Source of the DNA: Promethearchaeota archaeon
GTDB lineage: Archaea; Asgardarchaeota; Heimdallarchaeia; Hodarchaeales; Hodarchaeaceae
Direction of reading: 5' to 3'
DNA: 64,000 nt
NCBI GenBank assembly: GCA_048938105.1
Contig: JBHLMN010000008.1
Span: 174,138 to 238,137 of the forward strand
The notes under the pieces were generated by a model. It saw only the letters and a list, made by a program, of their open reading frames with translations. It was not told the origin of the DNA and did not search any database. Each line of letters begins with the position of its first letter. Positions within the stretch are counted from its first letter, which is position 1. Positions 50,212 through 60,174 of this stretch are shown here, in pieces. Position numbers and translations under genes: made by a program.

Positions 50212-51222
50212 GTGGCATTCATAGAGGGATTCATAGACCTTCTTTCACGTCTACTCATTGTGTACTTGATGATTGGACTAGGAATAACATGGCGATTCTC
50301 ACGTTTTTTTAAGCAAGAATATGGAGAATGGATAACGAATGTCATTATTTGGGTATTTTTTCCGATAACTATTATTTCTTCATTTGCTGACATAGAATCT
50401 TTTTCGGGAGAGGTGTTTTTCTTAGTTGTAATTGTTGCTATTTTCGTTCATGGTTTCAGTTACCTTTCTAGTAGATTAATTGTAAGGAAACGCCCTCCTG
50501 AAGAAACTGGACACATAGTATTGTGTTCTACGTTCCCTAATATATTTTTATTTCCATTTCCAATAATTATTGCACTTAATATCCCATCTGCATTAGTTTA
50601 TGCTTCCATTTTCGTATTTATCGCAATGATCATTAGAAATACATTTGGTATATTAATTGGAATATGGCATAAACCTGATCTTCAAAATGATTTAAGCAAA
50701 GAGGAAACTACATTAATTACAAATTATAAACATGTTGTTAGAAATCTTTTCAAATTCCCTCCTTTTTTAGCTGTGATTTTAGGCTTTCTCATTCACTGGT
50801 TAGCTGGTCCTCAGGCTATCAGTTTATCTAACTATCCAGCCATTCAGCCATTAGTTGAAATTATTAAGGCAATATCACTCTATGGATCACTACTTCTTAT
50901 TGGGATATCATTTCAATCATCTAGCCAGCTTCATCCAAGAAAATTTATTTCTGAAGAAGTTCTGCAAGTAGCTTCTTCTCGCTTCATTATTGTCCCCTTA
51001 ATGACCTTTCTACTATTATATGGGGTACAAACAACAGCATCCATAGCGATTCCCCTTTTTATCCAAAGTATGGCTCCTCCTGCTGTTTCAAACGTGATTT
51101 ATGGAAAATTCTTCCATTTTAATGAATCAGAGGTCTCATTTTTGATAACTAGTTTGACTTTGTATGCACTTATCATATTACCCTTGGAATTATTTATCCT
51201 TTTCCTAGTGTTTCCTTTTTAG
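50212..51222 (+). CDS. AEC (auxin efflux carrier) family transporter
   Basis: 10 TM segments in two repeats; FPN..FPFP, KFPP, MAPPA. Confidence 0.8.
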   Translation: MAFIEGFIDLLSRLLIVYLMIGLGITWRFSRFFKQEYGEWITNVIIWVFFPITIISSFADIESFSGEVFFLVVIVAIFVHGFSYLSSRLIVRKRPPEETGHIVLCSTFPNIFLFPFPIIIALNIPSALVYASIFVFIAMIIRNTFGILIGIWHKPDLQNDLSKEETTLITNYKHVVRNLFKFPPFLAVILGFLIHWLAGPQAISLSNYPAIQPLVEIIKAISLYGSLLLIGISFQSSSQLHPRKFISEEVLQVASSRFIIVPLMTFLLLYGVQTTASIAIPLFIQSMAPPAVSNVIYGKFFHFNESEVSFLITSLTLYALIILPLELFILFLVFPF

Positions 51223-51332
51223 CGTAACAATCTTGAAAATGGTGAGTTTCTGAAAAGGGTCTTAAAAAATGAATTTCTTCGGTCTTTTCCTTTTGAATTT
51301 CATAATTCTAACAAATTCTTGGTGAAAAACAA

Positions 51333-52373
51333 ATGATGTTCATTGATGTTTTATCACAACTTCTGACAATCCTAATTGAAGGCTTACTTGGATTATTATT
51401 AGACCTATTAATTATTTATATTATGATTAGTATTGGGATTGTATGGCGTTTTTCAAAGTTTTATAAACCTAAATATGGTGATTGGATAACAACAATAACG
51501 ATTTGGTTCTTCTTTCCAGTTAATATTATTTCTTCTTTCGCTTCAATTGAGTCTTTTGTTGGTGAAATGATAATCATTGTAATAGTGATTGCTGTAATTG
51601 TCCATATTGCTAGTTTTATTACAATTCATTTTATCTCGAGAAGTAAACCGCCAGAGGAGGTAGGTGCGCGAGTTCTATGCAGTACGTTTCCCAATTCACT
51701 GTTATTTCCATTTCCAATAATTTTAGCGATTTTAGGTGAATCTGCATTAATTTATGCGTCGATTTTCGTTTTTATAGCAATGATATTACGAAACAGTTTA
51801 GGGGTATTATTAGGAATTTTATATAATCCTATTAGTGCAAATACTTTGAATAATAATCAAAATATGCCGTTAATGGATATAAAAAAGATCATGATTAATC
51901 TCTTGAAATTTCCACCATTACTTGCTGTAATTGCTGGCTTCTGTCTTCATACTCTTATAGGGCCAGAACCTATAGGTGATTTTTTTGCTCTTCCAGGACT
52001 AAATATTATAAAACCTATTTCATTATATGGAGCTTTAATTCTAGTTGGTATTTCATTCCGAGACCTAGATCAACTCCATCCACGAAATTTATTTTCTAAA
52101 GACGTGTTTCGTGTAAGCTTTGTACGTTTCCTCATTGCTCCTCTCGTCATATTGGTATTTCTTATCATTCTTCAGGTTCGTGAACCAGCTATTGCAATAA
52201 CACTTTTGATTCAAGGAATGGCGCCCCCTGCGGTGATTAATATTATGTATGGAAAATTCTTTCACCTGAAAGAAGATGAGATTAGCTTGTTGATCACTAG
52301 CTTGACAGTTTTAGCTCTCCTACTGTTACCTTTAGAGCTTTTTATTCTTCTAATTCTGTTTCCTATCTCTTAA
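51333..52373 (+). CDS. AEC family transporter (tandem paralog)
   Basis: Same motifs and strong similarity to 50212..51222. Confidence 0.8.
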   Translation: MMFIDVLSQLLTILIEGLLGLLLDLLIIYIMISIGIVWRFSKFYKPKYGDWITTITIWFFFPVNIISSFASIESFVGEMIIIVIVIAVIVHIASFITIHFISRSKPPEEVGARVLCSTFPNSLLFPFPIILAILGESALIYASIFVFIAMILRNSLGVLLGILYNPISANTLNNNQNMPLMDIKKIMINLLKFPPLLAVIAGFCLHTLIGPEPIGDFFALPGLNIIKPISLYGALILVGISFRDLDQLHPRNLFSKDVFRVSFVRFLIAPLVILVFLIILQVREPAIAITLLIQGMAPPAVINIMYGKFFHLKEDEISLLITSLTVLALLLLPLELFILLILFPIS

Positions 52374-52417
52374 GAGAATTTTAAAAAGAAGTAGATAACC
52401 TACGCAAAAAAAGATTT

Positions 52418-53032
52418 CTAGAGAAAAGCCATTAATTGTTCACTTGTATGATCATCAATGAACTTATCTGTACGATAGACTTTCTTGGTTGTTACAGTAT
52501 AAAGGGCTCCTGTTGGCTCGACTTTTTCATCAATCGCTTTTAAAACCTTCACTATTTCATCACTACTTGGAAAATGATCCCATTCAAATGCATAATCATA
52601 ATCACCGATAAGGATAGAAGATTTCAATGTATCCAGAGTAGTTGTAGGTTCCATTTCTTGGATTACCTGTTCAATAGCACGAACAGCCTTTGAGATACTA
52701 GGCCCATGAATACGAATGAATGAGAAAATAGTATGACGCGCTTTCTTACCCATCTCTGCTGTTACGCGACTAGTGTGGCGACTTTCAGTAGTAATAGAAT
52801 ATTTTGTCGGGAGGCCAGTTAAAGCTGTATCAATTTGTTCTAACAACTGTAATAGTGGTTGTGGTTTTGGATCTTTTTGCCAATGGAAGATAAAATCATA
52901 TTTTCCAAAGGTCACTTCTCCTCCAGAAATAGGAAGATAGGTTTTGAGAGAATCAGCAAGGTTTGATAATCGCTCAATGGCCTGGGGAATTCGTGGTCCA
53001 TAAAGTCTGATATTTGATTTCATTAAAATCAC
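52418..53032 (-). CDS. Hypothetical protein made of two internal repeats (ferredoxin/ACT-like fold suspected)
   Basis: IR.[YH]GP.I..A...YD[FY].F.W...P...ID......Y..TT occurs twice. GAAGGTGA SD suggests ATG at 53023. Confidence 0.7.
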   Translation of the reverse strand: MILMKSNIRLYGPRIPQAIERLSNLADSLKTYLPISGGEVTFGKYDFIFHWQKDPKPQPLLQLLEQIDTALTGLPTKYSITTESRHTSRVTAEMGKKARHTIFSFIRIHGPSISKAVRAIEQVIQEMEPTTTLDTLKSSILIGDYDYAFEWDHFPSSDEIVKVLKAIDEKVEPTGALYTVTTKKVYRTDKFIDDHTSEQLMAFL

Positions 53033-53420
53033 CTTCTCGATAATTAATGTCAGATTTTTTTCCCTTAATAATTTTTTACTCTTTTTACTGAAAAGAATTG
53101 ATCCTTTAGATATAGTGTAGTGTTTCGCATCTTGGATACTTATTTACAAATATATATAACCTATAAGAGATTTTAGAAATTCATTGCATACATACTGTTC
53201 CCGCTAAAAAAAATATCAAGTTAAGGATAATCAGCCTAATATTGATCAGGCTTATAGACTTAAAAATAAGAACAAAACTTATAATATTAATAAAAATGAA
53301 TAAATAATCAAAATATTGAAGAAGATAATAGAATAAGGATATAATATTAAGCAAACTAACTACCAAAAACATAAAATGAAAAATTTCCTCAAAAAAGACA
53401 TCTAGTAGCAAAAAATTAAA

Positions 53421-53468
53421 TGACCCCTATGAATAATACGGGTTTAACCTGTATATGCCATACGGGTT
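53421..53468. promoter_or_regulatory. Two tandem 24-bp palindromic boxes, consensus AACCCGTAT-N5-ATACGGGTT
   Basis: 53421-53444 tgacccctat-gaata-atacgggtt and 53445-53468 taacctgtat-atgcc-atacgggtt, in the intergenic region between divergent genes. Confidence 0.7.
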
Positions 53469-53644
53469 CATTTTGCCCTAGCTAAGATATTTAAGCTGAT
53501 CTCTAAGTGTTTTCTTTCCAAGAGACAACAAGTTAAGCATACTGTGGTGCATAAATAACGAATCTAAAGCCATTAAAACCTTTCCTTTAGTATTATCTAG
53601 ATGAGTAGAAGTTCTTTTATTGCAAACTAAAAATAAAATTATGA

Positions 53645-55330
53645 GTGTTGTTTGAAAACATGGCGGACATTAAGGCGATAGCTTCGTTCATTCCCCAAAA
53701 TCGGCTCGAAATACAAGAGCTAGTAGATAATTATCATAGTATGTCCACACTTAATTATAGGGTTGCTTTACGTAAACTTAAGCGGGCTGTTAACCGTTTT
53801 CGGGGAAAAGCCTTAAGTAGTGTTCGTTGGGTATATAATCAACGATTACTTCTTCGAGAAAAAGTAGTTCCTGGCCCCAATGAAGACGCTTTGACTGCAG
53901 GAGTTCAATCGTTGAATTATGCCATTCGTCGTGCTGGTATTCAACCTCATGAAATTGATGCTCTTTTTGTTGTGTCTGAATCTTTTCCCTATGCTGTTGG
54001 CAGCTCAACAAAGATCGCGGGGAAAGTGGGTTGTACTGATTTAAAGTACGGTTCGCGAGGAGAATTTGCCTGTAAACCTTTTGGTGAATTTCTCGACATT
54101 GGAACTGCATTAATTGACGCAGGTCGTGCTAAATATGTAGCGATCACCGCTACTGATGCCAGTCAAGGTGCCCCTGGTGATGATTTGGAATTTTCAGCAT
54201 CATTTTATTCCACTAGCATTATCTTAGGTCCTTGTGATGGAGTAGCTGAAATCAAAGGGCGAACCTCAATTAATTATGATTTTTCTGATTTTATACGCAA
54301 AGAAGGCAGCGATTTTCCTGAGCATGAAGGACAAGGAACAAGTCTTGCATTCCGCGGAATGATACTTTCTACTCTTAAAAAGCATGTGGAACGATATAGT
54401 GATATCAAACCAGAGACACTTCCTAAGAAGACTTGGGTCATTCATTCTCCTAATGGATCTTTTCCCAATGAGGCGCTTAAAGACATTGGGGATCATTTTG
54501 GGATCCCATTAGCTGAAAAAATCTTTGATGACGATGGTAATCTTCTTTCTATTGAACCCCGAGTAAAAATTTCTAATTTAGCTCCTGAAATAGCTAATGG
54601 TTATGCGGCCACAGTTCCCACAGCCCTTTGTGCAGCCATGGAAGAAGGAGAGATGAATGAAGAGATTTTGGCTGTACTTTATGGTTCTGGAGCAGGGTCA
54701 GATGTAATCTCCATCAAACTCAAAGAAAACCACACCCAAATAGCCAACAATGGTGTTCCAACCGTACAAGAACAAATTAATACAAAGCAAAAAATTACTG
54801 TTGAGGATTATTTCCGTTTCAGAGACAATATGGAACAAGCTTCTAGAGATATCGCTTTACTCTCTGTGGATCCGATTGGTAAGGAGTTCTACGAAGTTCA
54901 AGGTTGTCCTAGATGTGGAGCCGTTTACTTTGGGGACTCTTGGACTAAAGAAAACTTCCCTGATTTTTCTCCACCCGAAAAATTCGGCAAATTAGAAGGT
55001 AAATGTCTTAGAGGAATCCAATATACAAGGTTTGATCCAACCAAACGAATTTGTGGAGAGAAATTAGAAAAAATAAAAATTTCAAAACGGGGACGAATTC
55101 GCTGTGTTAAATATCACTCTCCCAAGAAAAAGCTACCAGGCCATCCTGAAAATCCACATTGGGTCATGTTTGATCAGCATTTAGTACGGGGTTTCAACTA
55201 TAATCCCAAAGTATGTTCATTCATTGAGGGGGAGGAAGTTGAAGCAATTATTGGGAGATGGCGACCAGACCCTAAGGACTGGGTTCCCTATCTATACGTT
55301 CCCATGTATCAAGTAGTTAAGAAAGAATAA
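53645..55330 (+). CDS. Archaeal-type HMG-CoA synthase fused to a C-terminal DUF35 (Zn-ribbon + OB-fold) domain
   Basis: SESFPYAV (Glu), EFACK (Cys), QGAPGDDLEF, HSPNG.FP (His), ANGYA, YGSGAGSD; C-terminal GCPRCGAVYF...C...C...ISKRGRI. Likely start is ATG at 53660. Confidence 0.82.
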   Translation: MLFENMADIKAIASFIPQNRLEIQELVDNYHSMSTLNYRVALRKLKRAVNRFRGKALSSVRWVYNQRLLLREKVVPGPNEDALTAGVQSLNYAIRRAGIQPHEIDALFVVSESFPYAVGSSTKIAGKVGCTDLKYGSRGEFACKPFGEFLDIGTALIDAGRAKYVAITATDASQGAPGDDLEFSASFYSTSIILGPCDGVAEIKGRTSINYDFSDFIRKEGSDFPEHEGQGTSLAFRGMILSTLKKHVERYSDIKPETLPKKTWVIHSPNGSFPNEALKDIGDHFGIPLAEKIFDDDGNLLSIEPRVKISNLAPEIANGYAATVPTALCAAMEEGEMNEEILAVLYGSGAGSDVISIKLKENHTQIANNGVPTVQEQINTKQKITVEDYFRFRDNMEQASRDIALLSVDPIGKEFYEVQGCPRCGAVYFGDSWTKENFPDFSPPEKFGKLEGKCLRGIQYTRFDPTKRICGEKLEKIKISKRGRIRCVKYHSPKKKLPGHPENPHWVMFDQHLVRGFNYNPKVCSFIEGEEVEAIIGRWRPDPKDWVPYLYVPMYQVVKKE

Positions 55331-55576
55331 ATCTAATAGCTTCTTTTCATCTTCTAAGAGAATCAGAACACTTCTTTAATGATATTAATTAATTTTTTCA
55401 ATAAATTCATGCGAAAAATAGATTACCTTGACTAGTTCTCTTTTTCTTTCTGCATCAAAAATGTACTATTAATACTGAAAAGAATGTAGAAGCCTCAATT
55501 GATTTTGAGTTATTTTTACTAATAATAGAAGATTATTAGGAACATAAAAGGAAAAAAGCCAATTGGGTTATAAATA

Positions 55577-56110
55577 ATGGATTACATGACAAAAGAAGAT
55601 ATTAAAAAGCTTTTACAAAAGAAGAAAGGTGACCGTGATGAAACTCGGATTGTTGTGAAGATGAGTCTAGTAGGATTCTTCACTATGATCCTGGGGACAA
55701 TATATTGGGTTATTAGTTACTTTTCACGAAGTCCTGATAACTTCCTGTGGAGTTCTTTAGTCATTTTTACTGGGAGTTGTTTATCAGGTCTATCAATTTT
55801 TCTAATATATATAGGCGAATATCTCTATTACCAATTCCACGAACCTTTTCTACCAAGACATTGGTTGTATCAGGGAGTATTGCGAACTTACTTTCAAATC
55901 TTTTACTTTGGTTCGTTTAGCATTACTTTTCTACTTTGTCTACGTTTTTACAATCATTTTGATATTGTTTTTGCTTTATTTTTTCTCTTTCTCTCTCTAC
56001 CAACTGATGTGGGGATCATTTTTGGTCGTATGAATAGAATAAGGAATCTGTTTGAAGACTTTATATCTAATGGGCGTACTGATTCAACAGAAGTACCATC
56101 TGAAGCTTAA
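55577..56110 (+). CDS. Hypothetical 4-TM membrane protein
   Basis: Four hydrophobic segments. Confidence 0.6.
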   Translation: MDYMTKEDIKKLLQKKKGDRDETRIVVKMSLVGFFTMILGTIYWVISYFSRSPDNFLWSSLVIFTGSCLSGLSIFLIYIGEYLYYQFHEPFLPRHWLYQGVLRTYFQIFYFGSFSITFLLCLRFYNHFDIVFALFFLFLSLPTDVGIIFGRMNRIRNLFEDFISNGRTDSTEVPSEA

Positions 56111-56126
56111 GTCAAATTAAATATCA

Positions 56127-56984
56127 TTATTTCTGACATTGAGAACAAAAAAATGAACTTCGGTTTTTTTGAACAATGCGACTGATTTCAGTCCCACAAA
56201 CATAACAAGGCTTTCCTTCACGGTTGTAAACCTTGTGCCATTTTTGAGCGTTCCCAGTGTCACCTGATGGTAGTTCATAAGGCTGAAAAGCCATTGTACT
56301 CCCTTTATCATTCAAAGCCTTTCGTAAAGTTTTCCCTATAGCTAGACCTAATTTTTCTCTTTCATTATTTGAGAGTGTTTCCACTTTTCGGAGTGGATTT
56401 ATCTTTGCTTGAAATAAAGATTCTGTTTTATAGATATTTCCAACTCCTGCTACGAGTCGCTGATTCAATAGAACTTCCCCAATTGGTTTATTAGTAAAAT
56501 TTCTTTTCCCCAGTCGAATTAAAAATTCTTCAAGGGGAAAAGGAGTTGCAAGTCCATCAATTCCTAGATACCGAATAGGGTCGTATTGTATTACTTCTTC
56601 AAAAGAATGGAACACTTTAAACTGGCCAAAATTGCGTGTATCATCGAAAATAGCACTAGGTGGATTTTCCAATATTACTAGCACCTTTACATGGTTAGCA
56701 GTAGCAGGTAGATTCTCCATGTCTATAAAGAAACACCATCGTCCAGACATACCAAGATGGTTCAAAATAACTGATTTAGTATTGTCAAATCGCCAAACAA
56801 GGAATTTGCCAAAACGAATAATATCAAGAATTTTCTTCCCACTAAATTGGTCAAAAAGTGGTTGTTTATCTTTATATTTCAAATATTTTTGAGATAATGG
56901 AGTTAATTGAATTTTATCTACTATTTTGGAAATGAGCTGACTCAGTTCAAGTCTTACATTTTCAACTTCGGGTCCTTCGGGCAT
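56127..56984 (-). CDS. mutM: Formamidopyrimidine-DNA glycosylase (Fpg)
   Basis: MPEGPEV, HLGMSG, DTRNFG, VAGVGNIY, C-terminal CxxC...R...CxxCQ Zn finger. Confidence 0.92.
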   Translation of the reverse strand: MPEGPEVENVRLELSQLISKIVDKIQLTPLSQKYLKYKDKQPLFDQFSGKKILDIIRFGKFLVWRFDNTKSVILNHLGMSGRWCFFIDMENLPATANHVKVLVILENPPSAIFDDTRNFGQFKVFHSFEEVIQYDPIRYLGIDGLATPFPLEEFLIRLGKRNFTNKPIGEVLLNQRLVAGVGNIYKTESLFQAKINPLRKVETLSNNEREKLGLAIGKTLRKALNDKGSTMAFQPYELPSGDTGNAQKWHKVYNREGKPCYVCGTEISRIVQKNRSSFFCSQCQK

Positions 56985-57106
56985 TTTCGGGCTTTTCCAT
57001 AGTCAGTAATAGACAATAATACGGTTAAATTCTTCTTTTTATTTTTCAATTACAATGACTTTATTAAAAGCTCACCTCGGTTCGCTTTTAATCTTGATTC
57101 CTTAAG

Positions 57107-58024
57107 TTGTATTCTAATCAATTGCTGGATAGAAAGACCCTAAGAAAGAAGATTTGCAGAATGAGTAGATTCAAGTTCTCCACTCCAATAGTAGATATTA
57201 TTCCGAGACGATATTCTTGCAGGACATATAATGTAGAGCCAATTGATGATATTATAAAGAGTAATTTAATAGCATTTGTCAAGGCAGACCATATTAGCCC
57301 TTTTAATGGTGAAACACGGTTTGAATTGTTAGAAATCCCAGAACTAGATTTAAAAAAGAAGATGCAACTTGGAACATATGGTTTCATCCAAGGGAGTCAA
57401 AATTTCATTGTTGGTGCAACAAAAGAATCTAAGTATAATCTTGAAAATTTCGGTTATATCATGGAAGAGCTGATTTTATTTGCGACTGATTTAGGTTTAA
57501 ATACGTGTTGGGTAGGGGGAACTTTCAAACGAAACAAATTTGCAGCCCAGATTAACATTAGAGATGATGAAGCAGTCCCCGCCATTACCCCTGTTGGATA
57601 TGCAGCACAAAATCGCAGTAAAGTTGACAGACTTGCACGTTGGGGAGCTAGGTCTCATAGACGTCACCCATGGAAAAATCTTTTCTTTGAAGGAGATCAT
57701 AAACATCCACTAACTAGAGAGAAAGCAGCTAGGTACAATCTTCCTCTAGAGATGATTCGACTCGCTCCCTCAGCCTCTAATCGTCAACCTTGGCGAGTAA
57801 TAAAAGATAGTAAGAACTTCCATTTTTTCATTCTTCGGAAAAAAAGCTTATCTAGTCATTTTCTCTCTTGGCCTGATTTTCCACGATTAGATCTGGGAAT
57901 TGCTGTATGTCACTTCCATTTAACTGCTCACGAACAAGGACTTAGAGGAAGCTGGCAATTCATCCAACCCGAAATTACTATCCCAGCACATTTACAATAT
58001 GTCATCTCCTGGTTTGATGAGTAA
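57107..58024 (+). CDS. Nitroreductase family protein (two-domain)
   Basis: RYSCRTY, LGLNTCWVGG, APSASNRQPW, DLGIA..HF. Likely start is ATG at ~57160. Confidence 0.85.
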   Translation: MYSNQLLDRKTLRKKICRMSRFKFSTPIVDIIPRRYSCRTYNVEPIDDIIKSNLIAFVKADHISPFNGETRFELLEIPELDLKKKMQLGTYGFIQGSQNFIVGATKESKYNLENFGYIMEELILFATDLGLNTCWVGGTFKRNKFAAQINIRDDEAVPAITPVGYAAQNRSKVDRLARWGARSHRRHPWKNLFFEGDHKHPLTREKAARYNLPLEMIRLAPSASNRQPWRVIKDSKNFHFFILRKKSLSSHFLSWPDFPRLDLGIAVCHFHLTAHEQGLRGSWQFIQPEITIPAHLQYVISWFDE

Positions 58025-58130
58025 AATCCAGATAATAGTCTCACTGTAATGATTTAGGTTTCTATCGGCTGTAAATTCTCGATATTTTTCATGAAAAATT
58101 TTTTAAACAAAAAAGATACCTCGGAGTGTT

Positions 58131-60158
58131 ATGTTAAACGCCCAATCGTTAAAAAAATATGTAAACCAATATTATTCAGAATTAGCATTATTGAGTATTA
58201 TATTCTTATTTTTCCTTGAATTAATCTCGGATTTTGTAGAGGCTATTTACGCGCTCTGTCTACTCACCCAATCCTTGAATGAAAATGTTCTTAGTGTTTT
58301 ATTTATGTTATCTCCTATAGTGATAGTTTTTTTTCGAAAAGGTTTTCCCGAGAAATTATTGCTCGTTGTCGGAGAACTGATGGTCGTATGTAGAGTTTTA
58401 GAACCACTCTTAATCGAATACACACAATTTAAAATGATATTAGCTGGCATAGGTGTTTCTTGCTTTCTTATATTTTTCCCTATGTTTCTTCAGCGAAATT
58501 TCAAGCAAGATGAAGAACAGAGTAGTGTGTCACTAGGATTAGGATTAGCTATCGGTCTTGCATTATCAATCCTTTTTAGAGTGATTGGTTCTTCATTTGA
58601 TATTTCCACCTATAGCTGGTTTCAATTGATTGGTTGGATTCTAGCAGTAATCGCAGCTATAATGATCATTGGTATGGTTTCGATAGAGCAAAAAACAGAT
58701 ATAAATAGCTCTGTAAGTCTAGAGGAATCCAATAACACTATCAAGACATTTGGTCTTGCTTTTGGATTGATTGGTATTCTAATGATGATATATTATTCCT
58801 TGGCAAGCCCCACTGTTATAGCTAGGTGGACCGAGGGTGATTATTTCGTTATTGTCCTTTTAGCCATACTAATGCTTACCTTTTTTGTCATTTTTATAAC
58901 ATTCAAACGTGAATTGCTGATAAAATTGGAGCCTTGGCTGATTTGGCTTGGGAATGCCTTATTTATTATTACATTAGTCATGACCATTATGTTGAATCAG
59001 ACACAATTCCCTTCATCTGCTAGTAGTTATCCAATTGATGCTCTTCCAACAACGATTATACATCAACTACCATTAATAATGATGTTAATCTTCTCTCCAA
59101 TACTCTTATTTGATTTTATACTTCTTTCTCGTGAATTGATGAACATTAAACCATCAATAGGTAAATTAACAGCGGGTTTTACTCTTGCATCGTTATTTTT
59201 CTTAATAATGATTTTTGCACATGTATTTACAACGGTATATGACTACATTGACATTGTAGGCCCTCTGTTCAGAGATATGTTCTGGTTAGTGTATTTAGTA
59301 GTGGGTTTAAGTGTTGGATTACCAGTATTACTTGTGGCGAAGAAAGCATTTACTTTCAATAAACCAATTATTGGATTACAATCGAGAATTATATCGACAA
59401 TCATTATTATTATTGCTATTATAACGATCTCGAGTACATTTCTAACCGCCCCTATACTTACAATGCCTGAAACAACAACTTCTATTACAGTTATGACCTA
59501 TAATATCCAGCAAGGGTATAGTGGAGATGGCATTAAGAATTATAATGGGCAATTAAAAGTAATTAAAGCAGTTGATCCTGATATACTCGGTTTACAAGAA
59601 TGTGATACTGCTAGGATCGCTAATGGAAATACAGATGTCGTCAGATATTTAGCTAATAGTCTAAAAATGCATTCATATTATGGTCCAAAGACAGTCACAG
59701 GCACCTTTGGGATCGCGTTACTTTCTAAATACCCTATCCAAAATGCTAGAACATTTTTCATGTATAGCAAAGGGGAACAGACTGCTACCATTGAAGCACA
59801 AATCCAAGTAGTGGACACTCTGTTCAATGTATATGTGACCCATCTAGGCAATGGTGGTCCCTTTCTACAACAAGAAGCTATAATAGGAGAGGTAACTGGA
59901 AAAACGAATGTTGTGTTAATTGGTGATTTTAATTTCAGACCTGATACTTCTCAATATAGTGAAACAATTGCAGTTCTTAATGATTCTTGGCAAATTGCAG
60001 AAACACCAAATATAGACTATTCAGATGATCTCGAATACAATATTAGTAGGAAAATAGACCACATATTTGTATCACCTGAAATATCAATATCTGAATGTCA
60101 ATATATAGTGAGTAAAGATTCAGATCATCCTGCAGTTTGGGTGACAATCGAATTATAA
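58131..60158 (+). CDS. Multi-TM membrane protein with C-terminal EEP phosphoesterase domain, Cwh43/PGAP2-interacting-protein-like
   Basis: About 13 TM segments, then TYNIQQG, LGLQECDTARIANGNTD, YYGP..GTFGIALLSKYPI, THLG, GDFN, IDHIF, SDHP. Confidence 0.8.
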   Translation: MLNAQSLKKYVNQYYSELALLSIIFLFFLELISDFVEAIYALCLLTQSLNENVLSVLFMLSPIVIVFFRKGFPEKLLLVVGELMVVCRVLEPLLIEYTQFKMILAGIGVSCFLIFFPMFLQRNFKQDEEQSSVSLGLGLAIGLALSILFRVIGSSFDISTYSWFQLIGWILAVIAAIMIIGMVSIEQKTDINSSVSLEESNNTIKTFGLAFGLIGILMMIYYSLASPTVIARWTEGDYFVIVLLAILMLTFFVIFITFKRELLIKLEPWLIWLGNALFIITLVMTIMLNQTQFPSSASSYPIDALPTTIIHQLPLIMMLIFSPILLFDFILLSRELMNIKPSIGKLTAGFTLASLFFLIMIFAHVFTTVYDYIDIVGPLFRDMFWLVYLVVGLSVGLPVLLVAKKAFTFNKPIIGLQSRIISTIIIIIAIITISSTFLTAPILTMPETTTSITVMTYNIQQGYSGDGIKNYNGQLKVIKAVDPDILGLQECDTARIANGNTDVVRYLANSLKMHSYYGPKTVTGTFGIALLSKYPIQNARTFFMYSKGEQTATIEAQIQVVDTLFNVYVTHLGNGGPFLQQEAIIGEVTGKTNVVLIGDFNFRPDTSQYSETIAVLNDSWQIAETPNIDYSDDLEYNISRKIDHIFVSPEISISECQYIVSKDSDHPAVWVTIEL

Positions 60159-60174
60159 AGACGAGTACTAACAT

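Noticed and set aside
53181-53411. 76-aa hydrophobic ORF
   Set aside because: TTG start with no SD in extremely AT-rich intergenic DNA; the Phe/Ile/Leu bias follows from base composition
53418-53474. Hairpin containing ATGA and AA, resembling a eukaryote-type SECIS element
   Set aside because: No GA on the 3' arm to form the G-A quartet on either strand, and no adjacent gene with an in-frame TGA; tandem DNA palindromes explain it better
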